Shown: one piece after another, positions 1 to 9,934 of the stretch
Layout of the letters: every line of letters starts with the position of its first letter
Position numbering within the stretch: the first letter of the stretch is position 1
Assembly: GCA_964455375.1 (NCBI GenBank)
Contig: CAYVXE010000003.1
Span: 2,522 to 66,521 of the forward strand
Direction of reading: 5' to 3'
DNA length: 64,000 nucleotides
Source: an uncultured Calditrichaceae bacterium
GTDB lineage: Bacteria > Zhuqueibacterota > Zhuqueibacteria > Oceanimicrobiales > Oceanimicrobiaceae
The notes under the pieces: generated by a model
Seen by the model: only the letters and a program-made list of their open reading frames with translations
What the model was told of the DNA's origin: nothing
Databases searched by the model: none
Translations under genes and position numbers: made by a program

Positions 1-395
1 CGTTTCAGAATAGCTCGTTTGAATGTGAAATTTTCTGCCGCCGACCAAAACATCATTGTTCAAACCAAGATTGTCCATAATCTGCACTCGCTAAGTTAAG
101 AAATTAATAGGGGAGATTCATCCGTTTTAGTAAAAACTAACATTTTTCACTTGGTTTGAGGCGCCACTCCCGCCCGGCAGCCACCGGGGAGGAATCTGAA
201 TCTTAGCATGCTATTTAGTGATTTTCTCATAATAGCGATTGCTGTACGTGATCATTTCTCATCAAATTTCTCGCTCTACTCGAAATGACATGTGGCCCTT
301 TTTATTGCTTTTACAATGTAGTGAGAAATGTTAGTAAAAATATAAGATCGTTTCTCTTCCGTTTACTATCGGTAAAACCTTATTAATCCTTTAGG

Positions 396-1589
396 TTAAT
401 CTCCTAATTTCCGTACAGCGTCTTTTATGTTTTTTACGGCTTCCTGCAGCAAATCCAAAGAGGCGGCATAAGAAATTCGAATATGATTTGAAGAACCAAA
501 CGCTTCTCCCGGAACCGCGGCCACACCGGCATCTTTCAGAAGGAACGAACAGAAATCCAGTGCATTTGTCAGCGTGCTGTCGCCGGCTTTTTTCCCAAAG
601 AAGGAAGAAACATTGGGGAACATATAAAACGCACCTTTGGGCAATGCACAGGAAAAACCGGGTATCCCGGAAAGCTGTGCAAACAAAAATTTCCTGCGTT
701 CATTGAAAGCGGTATGCATTGGCCTCAAAATACCGCTGTCCGCCTGCAATGCTGCGACACTCGCTTTCTGGGATATGGAACAGGGATTGGAGGTCGTATG
801 GCTTTGAATTTTTGCAACCGCTTTGCAAACAGCCTCATTGGCGGCAAGATAACCGATGCGCCATCCGGTCATTGCAAAGGATTTTGAAACACCGTTAACG
901 GTCAGAACCCGGTCTTTTATTTCGGAGTAGGATGCCAGGCTCACGTGCTGCATACCGTCGTAAATAATCTTCTCGTAAATTTCATCAAAAATCACAAAAA
1001 AATCATGCGCGTCGATAATTTTCACCAATGCATCAATTTCAGATTTAGAGTAGACGGCTCCGGTGGGGTTCGCTGGTGTATTCAACAGCAGAACTTTTGT
1101 TTGCGGTGTAATGGACGCTTCCAGTTGTTCCGGCGTAATTTTAAACGCCGTCTCTTCAGACGTGTGCAAAATAATCGGGGTTGCACCAACAAAACGAACC
1201 TGCTCCACATAGCTTGCCCAGTACGGCGCGGGAATAACGACGTCATCGCCTTCTTCGCACAAAGCAAGTAGAGCATTAATTATCGCATGTTTCGCTCCAC
1301 AAGTAACAACAATATTCGCCGGTTCAAAATCAATGCCATTTTCATTTTTGTACTTCCGGCATATTGCTTCTTTCAGTTCGAACATTCCGGAAACGGGGGT
1401 ATATTTTGTGAACCCGTCATTTATGGCCTGAATTGCCGCCTGCCTGATGACAGCGGGTGTATCGAAATCCGGTTCTCCGGCGCCGAGGTCAATAACCGTT
1501 TTCCCTTCACGCCGCATGCTGTCCACAAGCGACGTGATCGCCAGAGTCTGAGACGATTGTATGTTAGAGGTACGCAGAGCAAACGGCAT
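396..1589 (-). CDS. Class I/II PLP-dependent aminotransferase (aspartate/aromatic aminotransferase-like)
   Basis: 397-aa ORF. Fold-type I aminotransferase pattern, with the PLP-lysine motif context (...NGVSKSFAMTGWRIGY...) and the PANPTG motif typical of AspC-like enzymes. Confidence 0.85.
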   Translation of the reverse strand: MPFALRTSNIQSSQTLAITSLVDSMRREGKTVIDLGAGEPDFDTPAVIRQAAIQAINDGFTKYTPVSGMFELKEAICRKYKNENGIDFEPANIVVTCGAKHAIINALLALCEEGDDVVIPAPYWASYVEQVRFVGATPIILHTSEETAFKITPEQLEASITPQTKVLLLNTPANPTGAVYSKSEIDALVKIIDAHDFFVIFDEIYEKIIYDGMQHVSLASYSEIKDRVLTVNGVSKSFAMTGWRIGYLAANEAVCKAVAKIQSHTTSNPCSISQKASVAALQADSGILRPMHTAFNERRKFLFAQLSGIPGFSCALPKGAFYMFPNVSSFFGKKAGDSTLTNALDFCSFLLKDAGVAAVPGEAFGSSNHIRISYAASLDLLQEAVKNIKDAVRKLGD

Positions 1590-1601
1590 AGAGTATTCTC
1601 G

Positions 1602-2576
1602 CTAATTTAATAATGAACAAATACAGGCGACGTCCACAATGTCTTTCCATGAACAGCCGCGGGACAAATCGTTTGCCGGTTTGGCAAGGCCCTGGATAAT
1701 CGGGCCCACTGCTCGGGCGCCGGCAAGCCGTTCGGTGATTTTATAGGCAATATTTCCGGCATTTAAATCGGGGAAGATGAAAACATTTGCCTTTCCGGCG
1801 ACCGGACTACCCGGCGCTTTACGCTCACCGATGGATGTCACAATGGCTGCATCGACCTGCAAGTCACCATCGATTTTCAAGGCCGGTTGTTTCGATTTTG
1901 CAATGGCGACCGCTTCCTGAACCTTGTCGACCATCTCATGTTTTGCACTGCCTTTCGTAGAAAAAGAAAGCACCGCCACATACGGTTCCTCCCCCGTTAG
2001 CTTTTTGTGCGTTTCGGCAGATGAAATGGCGATGTCTGCCAACTGTGCCGGATCAGGTTGCGGCACCACCGCACAATCTGCGTAGGTAAGAACTTTTTCA
2101 TTATCAAAAACCATCTCAAAGGTACTGGAAACAAGTTCGATCTCAGGCGCCAGCCCAATGATTTGAATAGCTGCTCTGAGAACATCCCCGGTGGTATTGG
2201 CGGCCCCCGCGACGGAACCGTCGCACTGATTCTCCCGCACCATCATGGCGCCGTAAAACAACGGATTCCTCAAGGCATCAATGCTTTGCTGCCGTGAAAT
2301 GTTTTTATGTTTGCGCAATTGGAAATACGTGTCGGCAAAGGAATCAAAATATTCAGAGGCCGCGGGGTCGACGATTTGCACACCTTCCGAATCGACATGA
2401 TTTTCCCTGGCGACCTGTTTTATGTCATCCGCGTGGCCCAAAACCAGACAATCTAATATGCCTTCCTTTTGCAAATAATTCGCCGCCATTAATACACGTG
2501 CGTCATTTCCCTCCGGAAAAACGATCGTTTTGTTTAAGTCCTTCACTTTTAAACGTACAGCATCTAAAAACTTCAT
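1602..2576 (-). CDS. pta: Phosphate acetyl/butyryl-transferase (Pta/Ptb family)
   Basis: 324 aa. N-terminus MKFLDAVRLKVK...IVFPEGNDARVL and overall length match short-form phosphotransacetylases. Ends 4 nt inside coaD start (translationally coupled). Confidence 0.8.
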   Translation of the reverse strand: MKFLDAVRLKVKDLNKTIVFPEGNDARVLMAANYLQKEGILDCLVLGHADDIKQVARENHVDSEGVQIVDPAASEYFDSFADTYFQLRKHKNISRQQSIDALRNPLFYGAMMVRENQCDGSVAGAANTTGDVLRAAIQIIGLAPEIELVSSTFEMVFDNEKVLTYADCAVVPQPDPAQLADIAISSAETHKKLTGEEPYVAVLSFSTKGSAKHEMVDKVQEAVAIAKSKQPALKIDGDLQVDAAIVTSIGERKAPGSPVAGKANVFIFPDLNAGNIAYKITERLAGARAVGPIIQGLAKPANDLSRGCSWKDIVDVACICSLLN

Positions 2577-3067
2577 GCTTTTCCTAATTTTTCTAACAGC
2601 CTCCGGTTGACTTCCTCCGGTACAAACGTCGAGACATCCCCGGAAAACTTCGCAACTTCTTTCACAATGGTTGAATTCAAATAGGTATATTTTTCATTGG
2701 GCATTAGAAAAACCGTATCGATATTTTCGGCTAATTTTCTATTCATCAAGGCCATTTGAAATTCGTACTCAAAGTCCGTAATCGCCCGCAGTCCACGCAC
2801 AACCGCGTCGGCATTTTTTAATTTTGCATAATGCATGAGCAGACCGTCAAAGTTTTCCACACGAATATTGGTCAGCTTTGACGTTACGGTGTGAATCATC
2901 GCCACGCGTTCTTCAACCGTGAATAGCGGCGTTTTCGCAGGGTTGGTGGTGACTGCAACAATAATGGTGTCGAACAAATCTATGGCACGTTCAATGATAT
3001 CAAGATGGCCATTCGTAATCGGATCAAATGTCCCCGGATAAATAGCTGTTTTATGCTTGGTTGTCAT
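2573..3067 (-). CDS. coaD: Phosphopantetheine adenylyltransferase
   Basis: 164 aa. IYPGTFDPITNGHLDII nucleotidyltransferase signature (T/HxGH) at the N-terminus. Classic CoaD size. Confidence 0.9.
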   Translation of the reverse strand: MTTKHKTAIYPGTFDPITNGHLDIIERAIDLFDTIIVAVTTNPAKTPLFTVEERVAMIHTVTSKLTNIRVENFDGLLMHYAKLKNADAVVRGLRAITDFEYEFQMALMNRKLAENIDTVFLMPNEKYTYLNSTIVKEVAKFSGDVSTFVPEEVNRRLLEKLGKA

Positions 3068-3617
3068 ATTGAAAAAACGAAACGAGCGTGTCTCCCTGCT
3101 TTTTTTGTGATTTTAAAAAAAAACGGCCATTATCCGGAGAAAGCCGGTTGGCGGTTTTAGCTTCATGTTCAAGAATAAGCCAGCCCTTATCTTTTATAAT
3201 TTGCTGTTTTTCAACTTCTCTTAATGTTGACGCCGCGAGGTCTTTATAATATGGCGGGTCGGCGAAGATAATATCAAACTTTGTGCGTGACGCCGAAAAT
3301 CGTTTTATTGCTCTGCTGGTGCTCATTTTAAAAACGTCCGCCTTATTCACAAAGTTTGTTTTTAGCAAATTTTCGGAAATAATTTTTACCGATTTAAAAG
3401 CATTATCAATAAAAATAGCCTTGGCCGCCCCCCGGCTCAAGGCTTCAATTCCTAAGTTACCCGTTCCTGCGTACAAATCCAACACATGACTTCCGCACAT
3501 AAAACCTGCTAACACATTAAACATAACTTCTTTGTTTTGATCGGAAGTTGGTCTTATGGCATTACTTTTAAAAGCAGTTAACCGAATCCCTTTTCTCGAA
3601 CCGGCAATAATCCGCAT
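3051..3617 (-). CDS. rsmD: 16S rRNA (guanine966-N2)-methyltransferase RsmD
   Basis: 188 aa. MRIIAGSRKGIRL start, DLYAGTGNLGIEALSRGA SAM-binding motif and DPPY catalytic motif. rsmD-coaD adjacency is widely conserved. Confidence 0.85.
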   Translation of the reverse strand: MRIIAGSRKGIRLTAFKSNAIRPTSDQNKEVMFNVLAGFMCGSHVLDLYAGTGNLGIEALSRGAAKAIFIDNAFKSVKIISENLLKTNFVNKADVFKMSTSRAIKRFSASRTKFDIIFADPPYYKDLAASTLREVEKQQIIKDKGWLILEHEAKTANRLSPDNGRFFLKSQKKQGDTLVSFFQYDNQA

Positions 3618-3635
3618 TGGGTTAAAAACTCAAAC

Positions 3636-4766
3636 TCAGGACTGTTGATATAAGTACATATAAATCACAAGAACCAGATTCTCGTCACTGAAGGAAACCA
3701 TGTCAGGAGAAATCAGTTGCACCTTTGTGAGTTCAACATTAATGTTTTGGCTTGAAATTTCCTGTAAAAATCCAATGACCGACGACTGTGCACCATAAAT
3801 TCTGGCAAAAATGGGTGTTTTTTGGTAGCCCTGAACAAAAGAAGCCTGCTGCGATTTCAGTTGTTGAAGTTCCAGACCGTATTGCAAGCATGCATTCTTA
3901 ACCCAATCCTGCACCTGAGAAAGGGATAGGAATTCAACCTGTTCACCTGTACTCGCAGACCCCGAGGGTGACATTTTACCCGAAATCAAAATTCTATTAA
4001 GCTGTCCGCCATCTGCGGCAATCCGGTCTTCGGAGACAACAGAAAAAACACCCGAACCAAAACTTTGATTGAGTTGGTCAGCAAAACCATGAACTTGATC
4101 TGAGCTTTTTCCTAAAACTTCAATATGCACCCGTTGCCCGCTCAAAGAAAGCAGGGTTGTATTCAAAGAAGCCGGAACTTCCTGCATCAAACTGGCAACA
4201 GAGTTGACTGTAGAGCGAGTGGTGGACAAAAACTGCGACGAAACATTGTTTACATTTTCACGATTTGATGACGCTGGAACTCTGGGGGTCGTTATGACGT
4301 CCGCGGGTTGTCGTTTTGGCTGCGCCGGTTGTATGTTTTCGGGCTGCGTCTTAAGATCACTATTTGCTTGTGCGTTATCTGCGTTTGCCATCGGTTCTTC
4401 ATCAAAGGTAAATGGTTCCTCATTGTCGGCAGTAATATTTTCGCCAGGGTTCGAATCGGCTAAGTCTTGAGATTCATTTGTGAAGGGTGGAATATCTGCT
4501 TGCTGAGTGGTTGTTTTCCCGCCACTAAAAATAAAATAATATGCGGCAAGCGCCATGACAATGATAACAGCTACGATAATCAACGTAGACATCAAAGAAG
4601 AATAGCTTCTTCTTCTTGACAGTCCCGAGGTCTTGGTTGTGTCGAAAGTTTCCGTTCTTTCTTCAAAAGCCAATTCCTGAGTGTCCATGCTGGAAGTTTG
4701 AGTAAAATCTTCTACTCGTTCTTCTTCCCCAGTCTTATCATCACCAATTAAATTAATATCTACCAT
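3636..4766 (-). CDS. Membrane protein, possible PilN/PilO-like pilus assembly component
   Basis: 376 aa. About 70-aa cytoplasmic N-terminus, a single TM (LIIVAVIIVMALAAYYFIF), a long S/T/N/Q-rich linker and a C-terminal globular domain. Lies immediately downstream of the PilM-like gene, in the same operon context as PilN/PilO. Assignment is by position and architecture only. Confidence 0.4.
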   Translation of the reverse strand: MVDINLIGDDKTGEEERVEDFTQTSSMDTQELAFEERTETFDTTKTSGLSRRRSYSSLMSTLIIVAVIIVMALAAYYFIFSGGKTTTQQADIPPFTNESQDLADSNPGENITADNEEPFTFDEEPMANADNAQANSDLKTQPENIQPAQPKRQPADVITTPRVPASSNRENVNNVSSQFLSTTRSTVNSVASLMQEVPASLNTTLLSLSGQRVHIEVLGKSSDQVHGFADQLNQSFGSGVFSVVSEDRIAADGGQLNRILISGKMSPSGSASTGEQVEFLSLSQVQDWVKNACLQYGLELQQLKSQQASFVQGYQKTPIFARIYGAQSSVIGFLQEISSQNINVELTKVQLISPDMVSFSDENLVLVIYMYLYQQS

Positions 4767-4789
4767 GACTTACTCCAGTGTTTGGTGGA

Positions 4790-5749
4790 TTATTGGATGC
4801 CTCTTAAAGCCGCACCGACCGAAACCGTAAAGCGTTCGCCGCGCTCAGGGAGTCCTTCCCCCTGCTTGCCGATAGCTAGTTTTACTTTTCGAAAAGGGTT
4901 TGTACGATCAATATGGACATCATAATTGTTTTGCAAGCTTTCTAATATCCCATCTTCTACTGCTTCACCGTAGAGAAAAATTTCTTTCAAATCTTCCAGC
5001 GTTTTTCCCAGTTGGTGATCTAAAATCAGCCGCCGTAACTCTTTAGCAATAAAACGTGCGGTGCTCTCTTCATTTTCAGCGGAACCGTTAGGCGACGAGG
5101 AAATGCCGCCTTGAGTCAGAATCAGGTTTTTCCCCTTAATTAACGAAAAGTGAATTTTATTTTCTTCTACTTCAACAATAGCCAGTGTATCATCTTTTTC
5201 ATAATCATAATTTAACTGCAATGTTCGCTGTGCGGAAAACACATCGACGTCAACTACTTTTAATTTTAAGTTTGTGTGCTTAAACACTTGTCGCAAGAAC
5301 TTAATAATTTTTTTCCGAACAACCACAACCAGAATATCGTCCAAACCATTAGACGGCACGGTCTTTAACCTCTCAAAATCAACAACATATTCTTTCATGT
5401 TGGAGATGAGAAACTGACGGACTTCCCAGTTTATGTGATCTTCGATTCGCTCTTCAACCAGGGTGCTGTCGAAGGGAAGTTTTTTCACCATAACCATTTG
5501 CGAGTCAAGCGAAAAGGCGACGTTTTTGACGTCAAAATTTTGGGTTTCATACAGACGCTCAATATCTTCGGCGAGCCTCGGAATATTGTTTTTGTCTTCA
5601 AAAAACGAAAAATCAAACGGCTGTCTCACACGCCCCTGGCTCAGATGCGTTATATGAAACTCTTTTTCGTGCTGTCTTGCTTCAACGATTCTTAGTTGGT
5701 CGTTTACTAAACTAACCCCTAAGATCCCTGAATCCTCTTCCTGAGTCAT
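4790..5749 (-). CDS. pilM: Type IV pilus assembly protein PilM-like (actin-like ATPase fold)
   Basis: 319 aa. Blocks align with PilM: LGVSLVNDQLRIVEA vs IGIDISSTSVKLLEL, LKVVDVDVFSAQR vs LKVVDVEAYALER, LAIVEVEENKIHFSLIKGKNLIL vs [23 protein letters not shown], and the C-terminal TNPF..SVGAALRG motif. Confidence 0.7.
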   Translation of the reverse strand: MTQEEDSGILGVSLVNDQLRIVEARQHEKEFHITHLSQGRVRQPFDFSFFEDKNNIPRLAEDIERLYETQNFDVKNVAFSLDSQMVMVKKLPFDSTLVEERIEDHINWEVRQFLISNMKEYVVDFERLKTVPSNGLDDILVVVVRKKIIKFLRQVFKHTNLKLKVVDVDVFSAQRTLQLNYDYEKDDTLAIVEVEENKIHFSLIKGKNLILTQGGISSSPNGSAENEESTARFIAKELRRLILDHQLGKTLEDLKEIFLYGEAVEDGILESLQNNYDVHIDRTNPFRKVKLAIGKQGEGLPERGERFTVSVGAALRGIQ

Positions 5750-5773
5750 ATACTCCTCCGGTAAAATTTCAGC

Positions 5774-6664
5774 TTATTTTGCTTCCCAGCTTTTTTCGCC
5801 ATTTTCAATTTTACCATAATTTTCTATAGCGAAACCCCCGATTTTTGATTTAAGAAAATCACGCTTTACATTTTCAATATCCAAGCTGTCTATCGGGCAA
5901 TAAATATTGAGGTATTTAATTGTTGACGTATCATTATTCACAAGAACAAACGGTTTATGCGTAAAAGGGTCGTAATAAAGCGAGTCGAGACCATCGCCTC
6001 TATATTGCGGTATTTTTTCTAAAACAACCCGCAATTTACCAACAACTTCGTCAATAATATTGATGACACCTTGAGCGCCTTTGGTCGCATCCTCAAGAGA
6101 CCCATTTTGTGTGGAATTTATCACCACCGACATATCAATGGTAAACTGTTTAGAATCGATGGTCTTATAGGCCGCGGTTAAATCATCAATGGGCGTGTTC
6201 GGTATATTTTTTGTCCGATCATGAATGTATTCCACAAAACCTGCCAACTGTCTTGCATCCGCTTTCATCTTTTGCTGAACGTTTACGATTGAATCGATTA
6301 TCGTCGTGTCTTCCGCCATAGGGATCATCGACAATATTTGTTTCTCAGTTGTTTCAAATTCATTCAACCGGGTAATAATAGAATCTATGCCTCCGACAAT
6401 CACCGAATCAACATCATGTGCAAACGCATCACTCGTTTTTAGAAAATCAAGAACCACTTGCAGCGAATCTGAGTAATGACCATTGTATTTCTGATATTGC
6501 AACTCCGCTTTAAGTATCTGATCCATTCTCCATCGACCCATATCAATGTATTCTTGTTCCTTTTCTTTTAACATCTTCGGGTAAAGAATGGATGCCACCA
6601 ACAGTACCCCTAAAATTACAATGAGTAGTTCATAAACAATAGAACCCTTTCCTTTTTCCGCCAT
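5774..6664 (-). CDS. Type IV pilin-like protein (class III / prepilin-type signal peptide), unusually long
   Basis: 296 aa. N-terminus MAEKGKG|SIVYELLIVILGVLLVASILYP has a short basic leader, a Gly at the cleavage site, Glu at +5 and a hydrophobic helix, which is the prepilin peptidase substrate signature. Position +1 is Ser rather than Phe. Confidence 0.55.
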   Translation of the reverse strand: MAEKGKGSIVYELLIVILGVLLVASILYPKMLKEKEQEYIDMGRWRMDQILKAELQYQKYNGHYSDSLQVVLDFLKTSDAFAHDVDSVIVGGIDSIITRLNEFETTEKQILSMIPMAEDTTIIDSIVNVQQKMKADARQLAGFVEYIHDRTKNIPNTPIDDLTAAYKTIDSKQFTIDMSVVINSTQNGSLEDATKGAQGVINIIDEVVGKLRVVLEKIPQYRGDGLDSLYYDPFTHKPFVLVNNDTSTIKYLNIYCPIDSLDIENVKRDFLKSKIGGFAIENYGKIENGEKSWEAK

Positions 6665-6708
6665 TGTTCCTCCCTCATAAAATTTAAAATACGAATTTCA
6701 CATCTAAA

Positions 6709-7113
6709 TTACTTCAATGATATATACGATTTAATCTTTTCAAAGGTCCGCGCACCAATTCCTTTAATATGTTTCAAATCATCCAATGATTTAAATTGAC
6801 CATTTTTATCGCGATAATCAATAATTTTCTGAGCAGTTACAGGGCCAATGTTAGGGACTTTTTGTAACTCATTACTGTTTGCCTGGTTGATATTTATAAT
6901 TTGTTTTTTATTGCCGTCATTCTTTTGCCGGTGGTTGACGCGCTCTGAATCGATCAACGCAACTTTTTTATAAAATTCCACCCGATTATTTTCTGTACTT
7001 ACCTTATATTCAGCAGGCTGCACCCGCCGATAAAAGAAAACTCCCAACCCTACCAAAAATGTAAAAAGCAGAAACAGTACAACGCCCTGTTCCTGTCTGG
7101 TAAACCCTAACAT
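6709..7113 (-). CDS. comEA: ComEA-like competence DNA-binding protein (helix-hairpin-helix)
   Basis: 134 aa. N-terminal TM plus C-terminal ININQANSNELQKVPNIGPVTAQKIIDYRDKNGQFKSLDDLKHIKGIGARTFEKIK, the canonical ComEA tandem HhH motif. Confidence 0.75.
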   Translation of the reverse strand: MLGFTRQEQGVVLFLLFTFLVGLGVFFYRRVQPAEYKVSTENNRVEFYKKVALIDSERVNHRQKNDGNKKQIININQANSNELQKVPNIGPVTAQKIIDYRDKNGQFKSLDDLKHIKGIGARTFEKIKSYISLK

Positions 7114-7116
7114 TCG

Positions 7117-8265
7117 TTATAAAATAGCTTCCTTTATTCGAGAAAAAAAGCCGCCGTCCTCTTTAGACGGCAAAGAATTCTCACATTTATCCAATTCTTC
7201 AAAGAGCTGCTTTTCTTTCGCCGTCAATTTTGTGGGCGTCCAAACAACAACCCGTACAAGTTGATCGCCTTTTTCGAAACTGTTAAGGCGTGGAAAACCC
7301 TTTTTCCTCATTCTCAGAATTTTATTTGCCTGCGTGCCCGGTGGAATATGTAACCTTGATTTACCCTGTAGCGTAGGCACTTCAACTTCGGTTCCCAGTG
7401 CAACTTGTGCGAAACTCAACGGCAATGTATAAAGAACATCATCTCCGTGGCGCGCAAACAATTCATGTTCGATCTCCTCAATAACAACGATGACATCCCC
7501 GGCCGGCCCACCTCTTGGCGCCGCATTACCTTCATTTCGCACCGTCAAATAATTCCCAGCAGACACACCGGCGGGAATTTCTACGGTAATAACGCCTTGC
7601 CCTTTTACAACGCCTTCTCCGTGACACTCCTTACACGGATCTTTAATAACCTTGCCTTCACCATTGCATTGAGGACAGGTTCCAATATTAACAAACTGGC
7701 CAAACAAGGATTGTGAAACCTGACGAACCTCACCGGAACCGTGGCAATGTGGACACGTTGATTCAGAGGAACCCTTCCGGCTTCCATGACCCTGGCATGC
7801 ACTACAAACAATCCATTTTTTCAGTTTAATTTTTTTCTTAACACCGGTGGCGATTTCCTCATAAGTCAAAGGGAGTTTTACTTGTAAATCGTTACCCCGC
7901 CTTTTTCTTCTTGTACCATTGCCGTGCCCAGCACCAAAAAGGTCTCCGAAACCGAAGCTTTCAGACATGAAAGTGCGTAATGCATCCCCAAGGTCAAAGT
8001 CAAAACCGGCAAATCCCTGCGCCCCGCCTTTCAAACCACTATGCCCGAATCGATCATAGATCTGGCGCTTTTGAGGTTCCCTCAGCACCTCATAAGCTTC
8101 GGCGGCTTCTTTAAACTTACTTTCAGCTTCAGCATTGCCCTGATTGCGGTCGGGATGATACTTCATTGCCAGCTTACGATAAGCTTTTTTTATTTCCTCT
8201 TCGCTCGCAGTTTTTTGAATGCCTAATATTTCATAGTAGTCGCGTTTCGTCATATTGCCCAACAA
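7117..8265 (-). CDS. dnaJ: Molecular chaperone DnaJ
   Basis: 382 aa. J-domain (DYYEILGI...HPDRN), G/F-rich region, and four CxxCxGxG zinc-finger repeats. Confidence 0.95.
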   Translation of the reverse strand: MLGNMTKRDYYEILGIQKTASEEEIKKAYRKLAMKYHPDRNQGNAEAESKFKEAAEAYEVLREPQKRQIYDRFGHSGLKGGAQGFAGFDFDLGDALRTFMSESFGFGDLFGAGHGNGTRRKRRGNDLQVKLPLTYEEIATGVKKKIKLKKWIVCSACQGHGSRKGSSESTCPHCHGSGEVRQVSQSLFGQFVNIGTCPQCNGEGKVIKDPCKECHGEGVVKGQGVITVEIPAGVSAGNYLTVRNEGNAAPRGGPAGDVIVVIEEIEHELFARHGDDVLYTLPLSFAQVALGTEVEVPTLQGKSRLHIPPGTQANKILRMRKKGFPRLNSFEKGDQLVRVVVWTPTKLTAKEKQLFEELDKCENSLPSKEDGGFFSRIKEAIL

Positions 8266-8295
8266 ATTTCACATCAGTTACAATTACTTTACAAC

Positions 8296-8868
8296 CTAGT
8301 CACTTTTATTCACTAAAACCTGGGAGTGCCGCAGAACACGATCTCCCATAATATATCCCTTCAGATGTTCATCCACAACAACTCCCGGAGGAAAATTTTT
8401 GTCTTCAACCTGCATAAGCGCATCGTGCTTTTCCGGGTCAAAGGGCTTACCCACAGACTCCATGACTTTTACACCGCGACTCTCGAAAACCTTACTCAGA
8501 TTTTTATAAATTAACTCAACACCGGTAAATAGTGTCTGAAAATCTTTTGACTTTTTTGCCGCTACCAGCGACCGCTCCAAATCATCAAAAACAGGCAGCA
8601 GTTCTTTAATAAGTTCCGCACTCGCCATCATACCAACTTGAAGCATTTCTGCATCTGTTCGTTTTTTATAATTATCAAATTCAGCGACTTTTCTTAAAAA
8701 CTTATCTTTCAACTCCTCGATTTCCTTTTCAAGTCTTTCCGTTTTTCGTTGAAGCCCGGTGTGTGCACGGTTTCCGGATTTTTTCTTGGGGATACCGTTT
8801 TCACCTTTAGTCTTACCATTCTTTTCTTCAACTATCTTTTGAGCAACATTTTTCTCGGAACTACTCAT
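8296..8868 (-). CDS. grpE: Nucleotide exchange factor GrpE
   Basis: 190 aa. Coiled-coil N-terminus, FDNYKKR motif and C-terminal beta-domain typical of GrpE. Located between hrcA and dnaJ. Confidence 0.9.
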   Translation of the reverse strand: MSSSEKNVAQKIVEEKNGKTKGENGIPKKKSGNRAHTGLQRKTERLEKEIEELKDKFLRKVAEFDNYKKRTDAEMLQVGMMASAELIKELLPVFDDLERSLVAAKKSKDFQTLFTGVELIYKNLSKVFESRGVKVMESVGKPFDPEKHDALMQVEDKNFPPGVVVDEHLKGYIMGDRVLRHSQVLVNKSD

Positions 8869-8890
8869 AAAAAAACCTCCCGTTAAAAAT

Positions 8891-9934
8891 CTAACACCAC
8901 ACAGAACAAAGTTTTCGGGTTAGTACATCCCCCATAAAGCTAACAAGAGGAATAATTCTGGAATAATGCATTCTTGTGGGCCCCACAACTCCCAACGTCC
9001 CCACAACACGACCTAAGCGATACCTCGCGGAAATAACACTGTACTCGCTGAACAACTCTCCTTCGTTTTCCCGCCCGATTCTTACGGTAAGATTGTCTGT
9101 CTGGGTCGCATTCAAAAAATGTAAAATATCCTCTTTCTTATCGATGAGTTCAATAATTTTTGACGCATGTACGTGATCAGAAAATTCGGGATTTGACATG
9201 ATATTCATCGTTCCCCCCACATGCAAATCTTTCTGTTTTTGAAAAGAAAACAGCCGGTCGGCAAAACGGATAATTGTCCGCAGCAACATCGGATTGCTTA
9301 TTCCGGTATCCGCCAATCGTTTGTCAAGCGTTTCTTTTACTTCTTTCAATGAAAGTCCGGATAGCCTTTCATTGATTATCCTGCTAGTCTCATGTAGCTG
9401 ATCACGCGACACTTCTGACTGTATTTCCATCATAATGGTATTCACTAAACCCGACTCAATGGTGATAACAGACAAAATCCTGTTATCCGAAATGGAAACC
9501 AGTTCCATTTTGTTAAAAACACCATTGTAGAAACTCGGTTCCAACACAACCCCTAATTGGCTTGAAATTTCACCCAGAACCCGCGATGAAACTTCAAGGA
9601 TCTCTTCGACATCAATGGATAAATTGCTAAAATTAGCTAAAATTAATTGCCGGTCATGCTCACCAAACGCATTGGTGGAGGTTAAACAATCAACATAAAA
9701 CCGGTAACCTTTATCGGTGGGAATTCTACCGGCTGAAACGTGAGGCTGTTTTAAGTAACCCATTTCCTCAAGATCATTCATGACATTGCGAATGGTCGCC
9801 GGACTAATCCCCAAATTATATGTTTTGGCCAAATACCGAGATCCTACAGGCTGCGCATTTCGGACATAGCTCTCAACGATGTGCTTCAATAAGGTACGCT
9901 CTCTTTCTGAGAGCACGCTTGATGTCTTCATCAT
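8891..9934 (-). CDS. hrcA: Heat-inducible transcription repressor HrcA
   Basis: 347 aa. N-terminal winged helix (LLKHIVESYVRNAQPVGSRYLA...GISPATIRNVMNDLEEMGYL) is diagnostic of HrcA. Confidence 0.9.
   Translation of the reverse strand: MMKTSSVLSERERTLLKHIVESYVRNAQPVGSRYLAKTYNLGISPATIRNVMNDLEEMGYLKQPHVSAGRIPTDKGYRFYVDCLTSTNAFGEHDRQLILANFSNLSIDVEEILEVSSRVLGEISSQLGVVLEPSFYNGVFNKMELVSISDNRILSVITIESGLVNTIMMEIQSEVSRDQLHETSRIINERLSGLSLKEVKETLDKRLADTGISNPMLLRTIIRFADRLFSFQKQKDLHVGGTMNIMSNPEFSDHVHASKIIELIDKKEDILHFLNATQTDNLTVRIGRENEGELFSEYSVISARYRLGRVVGTLGVVGPTRMHYSRIIPLVSFMGDVLTRKLCSVWC

Noticed and set aside
1-78. Possible 5' end of a minus-strand gene running off the window start (ATG at 78, MDNLGLNNDVLVGGRKF...)
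   Set aside because: Only 26 codons are visible with no recognisable motif, which is too short to call.
150-200. GC-rich hairpin as a rho-independent terminator for the aspC-like gene
   Set aside because: There is no U-tract following the stem on either strand. It is kept only as a low-interest structured element.
488-1610. Several 60-110 aa ORFs (488-706+, 945-1271+, 1082-1276-, 1287-1610+) lie inside or antisense to the aminotransferase gene. Similar nested ORFs occur throughout the track, for example 21599-22132, 28531-29210, 44411-46430 and 56417-57260.
   Set aside because: These are shadow ORFs on the opposite strand or in alternative frames of long, well-supported genes. They have no RBS context, odd composition (Arg/Cys/His-rich) and no homology signal.
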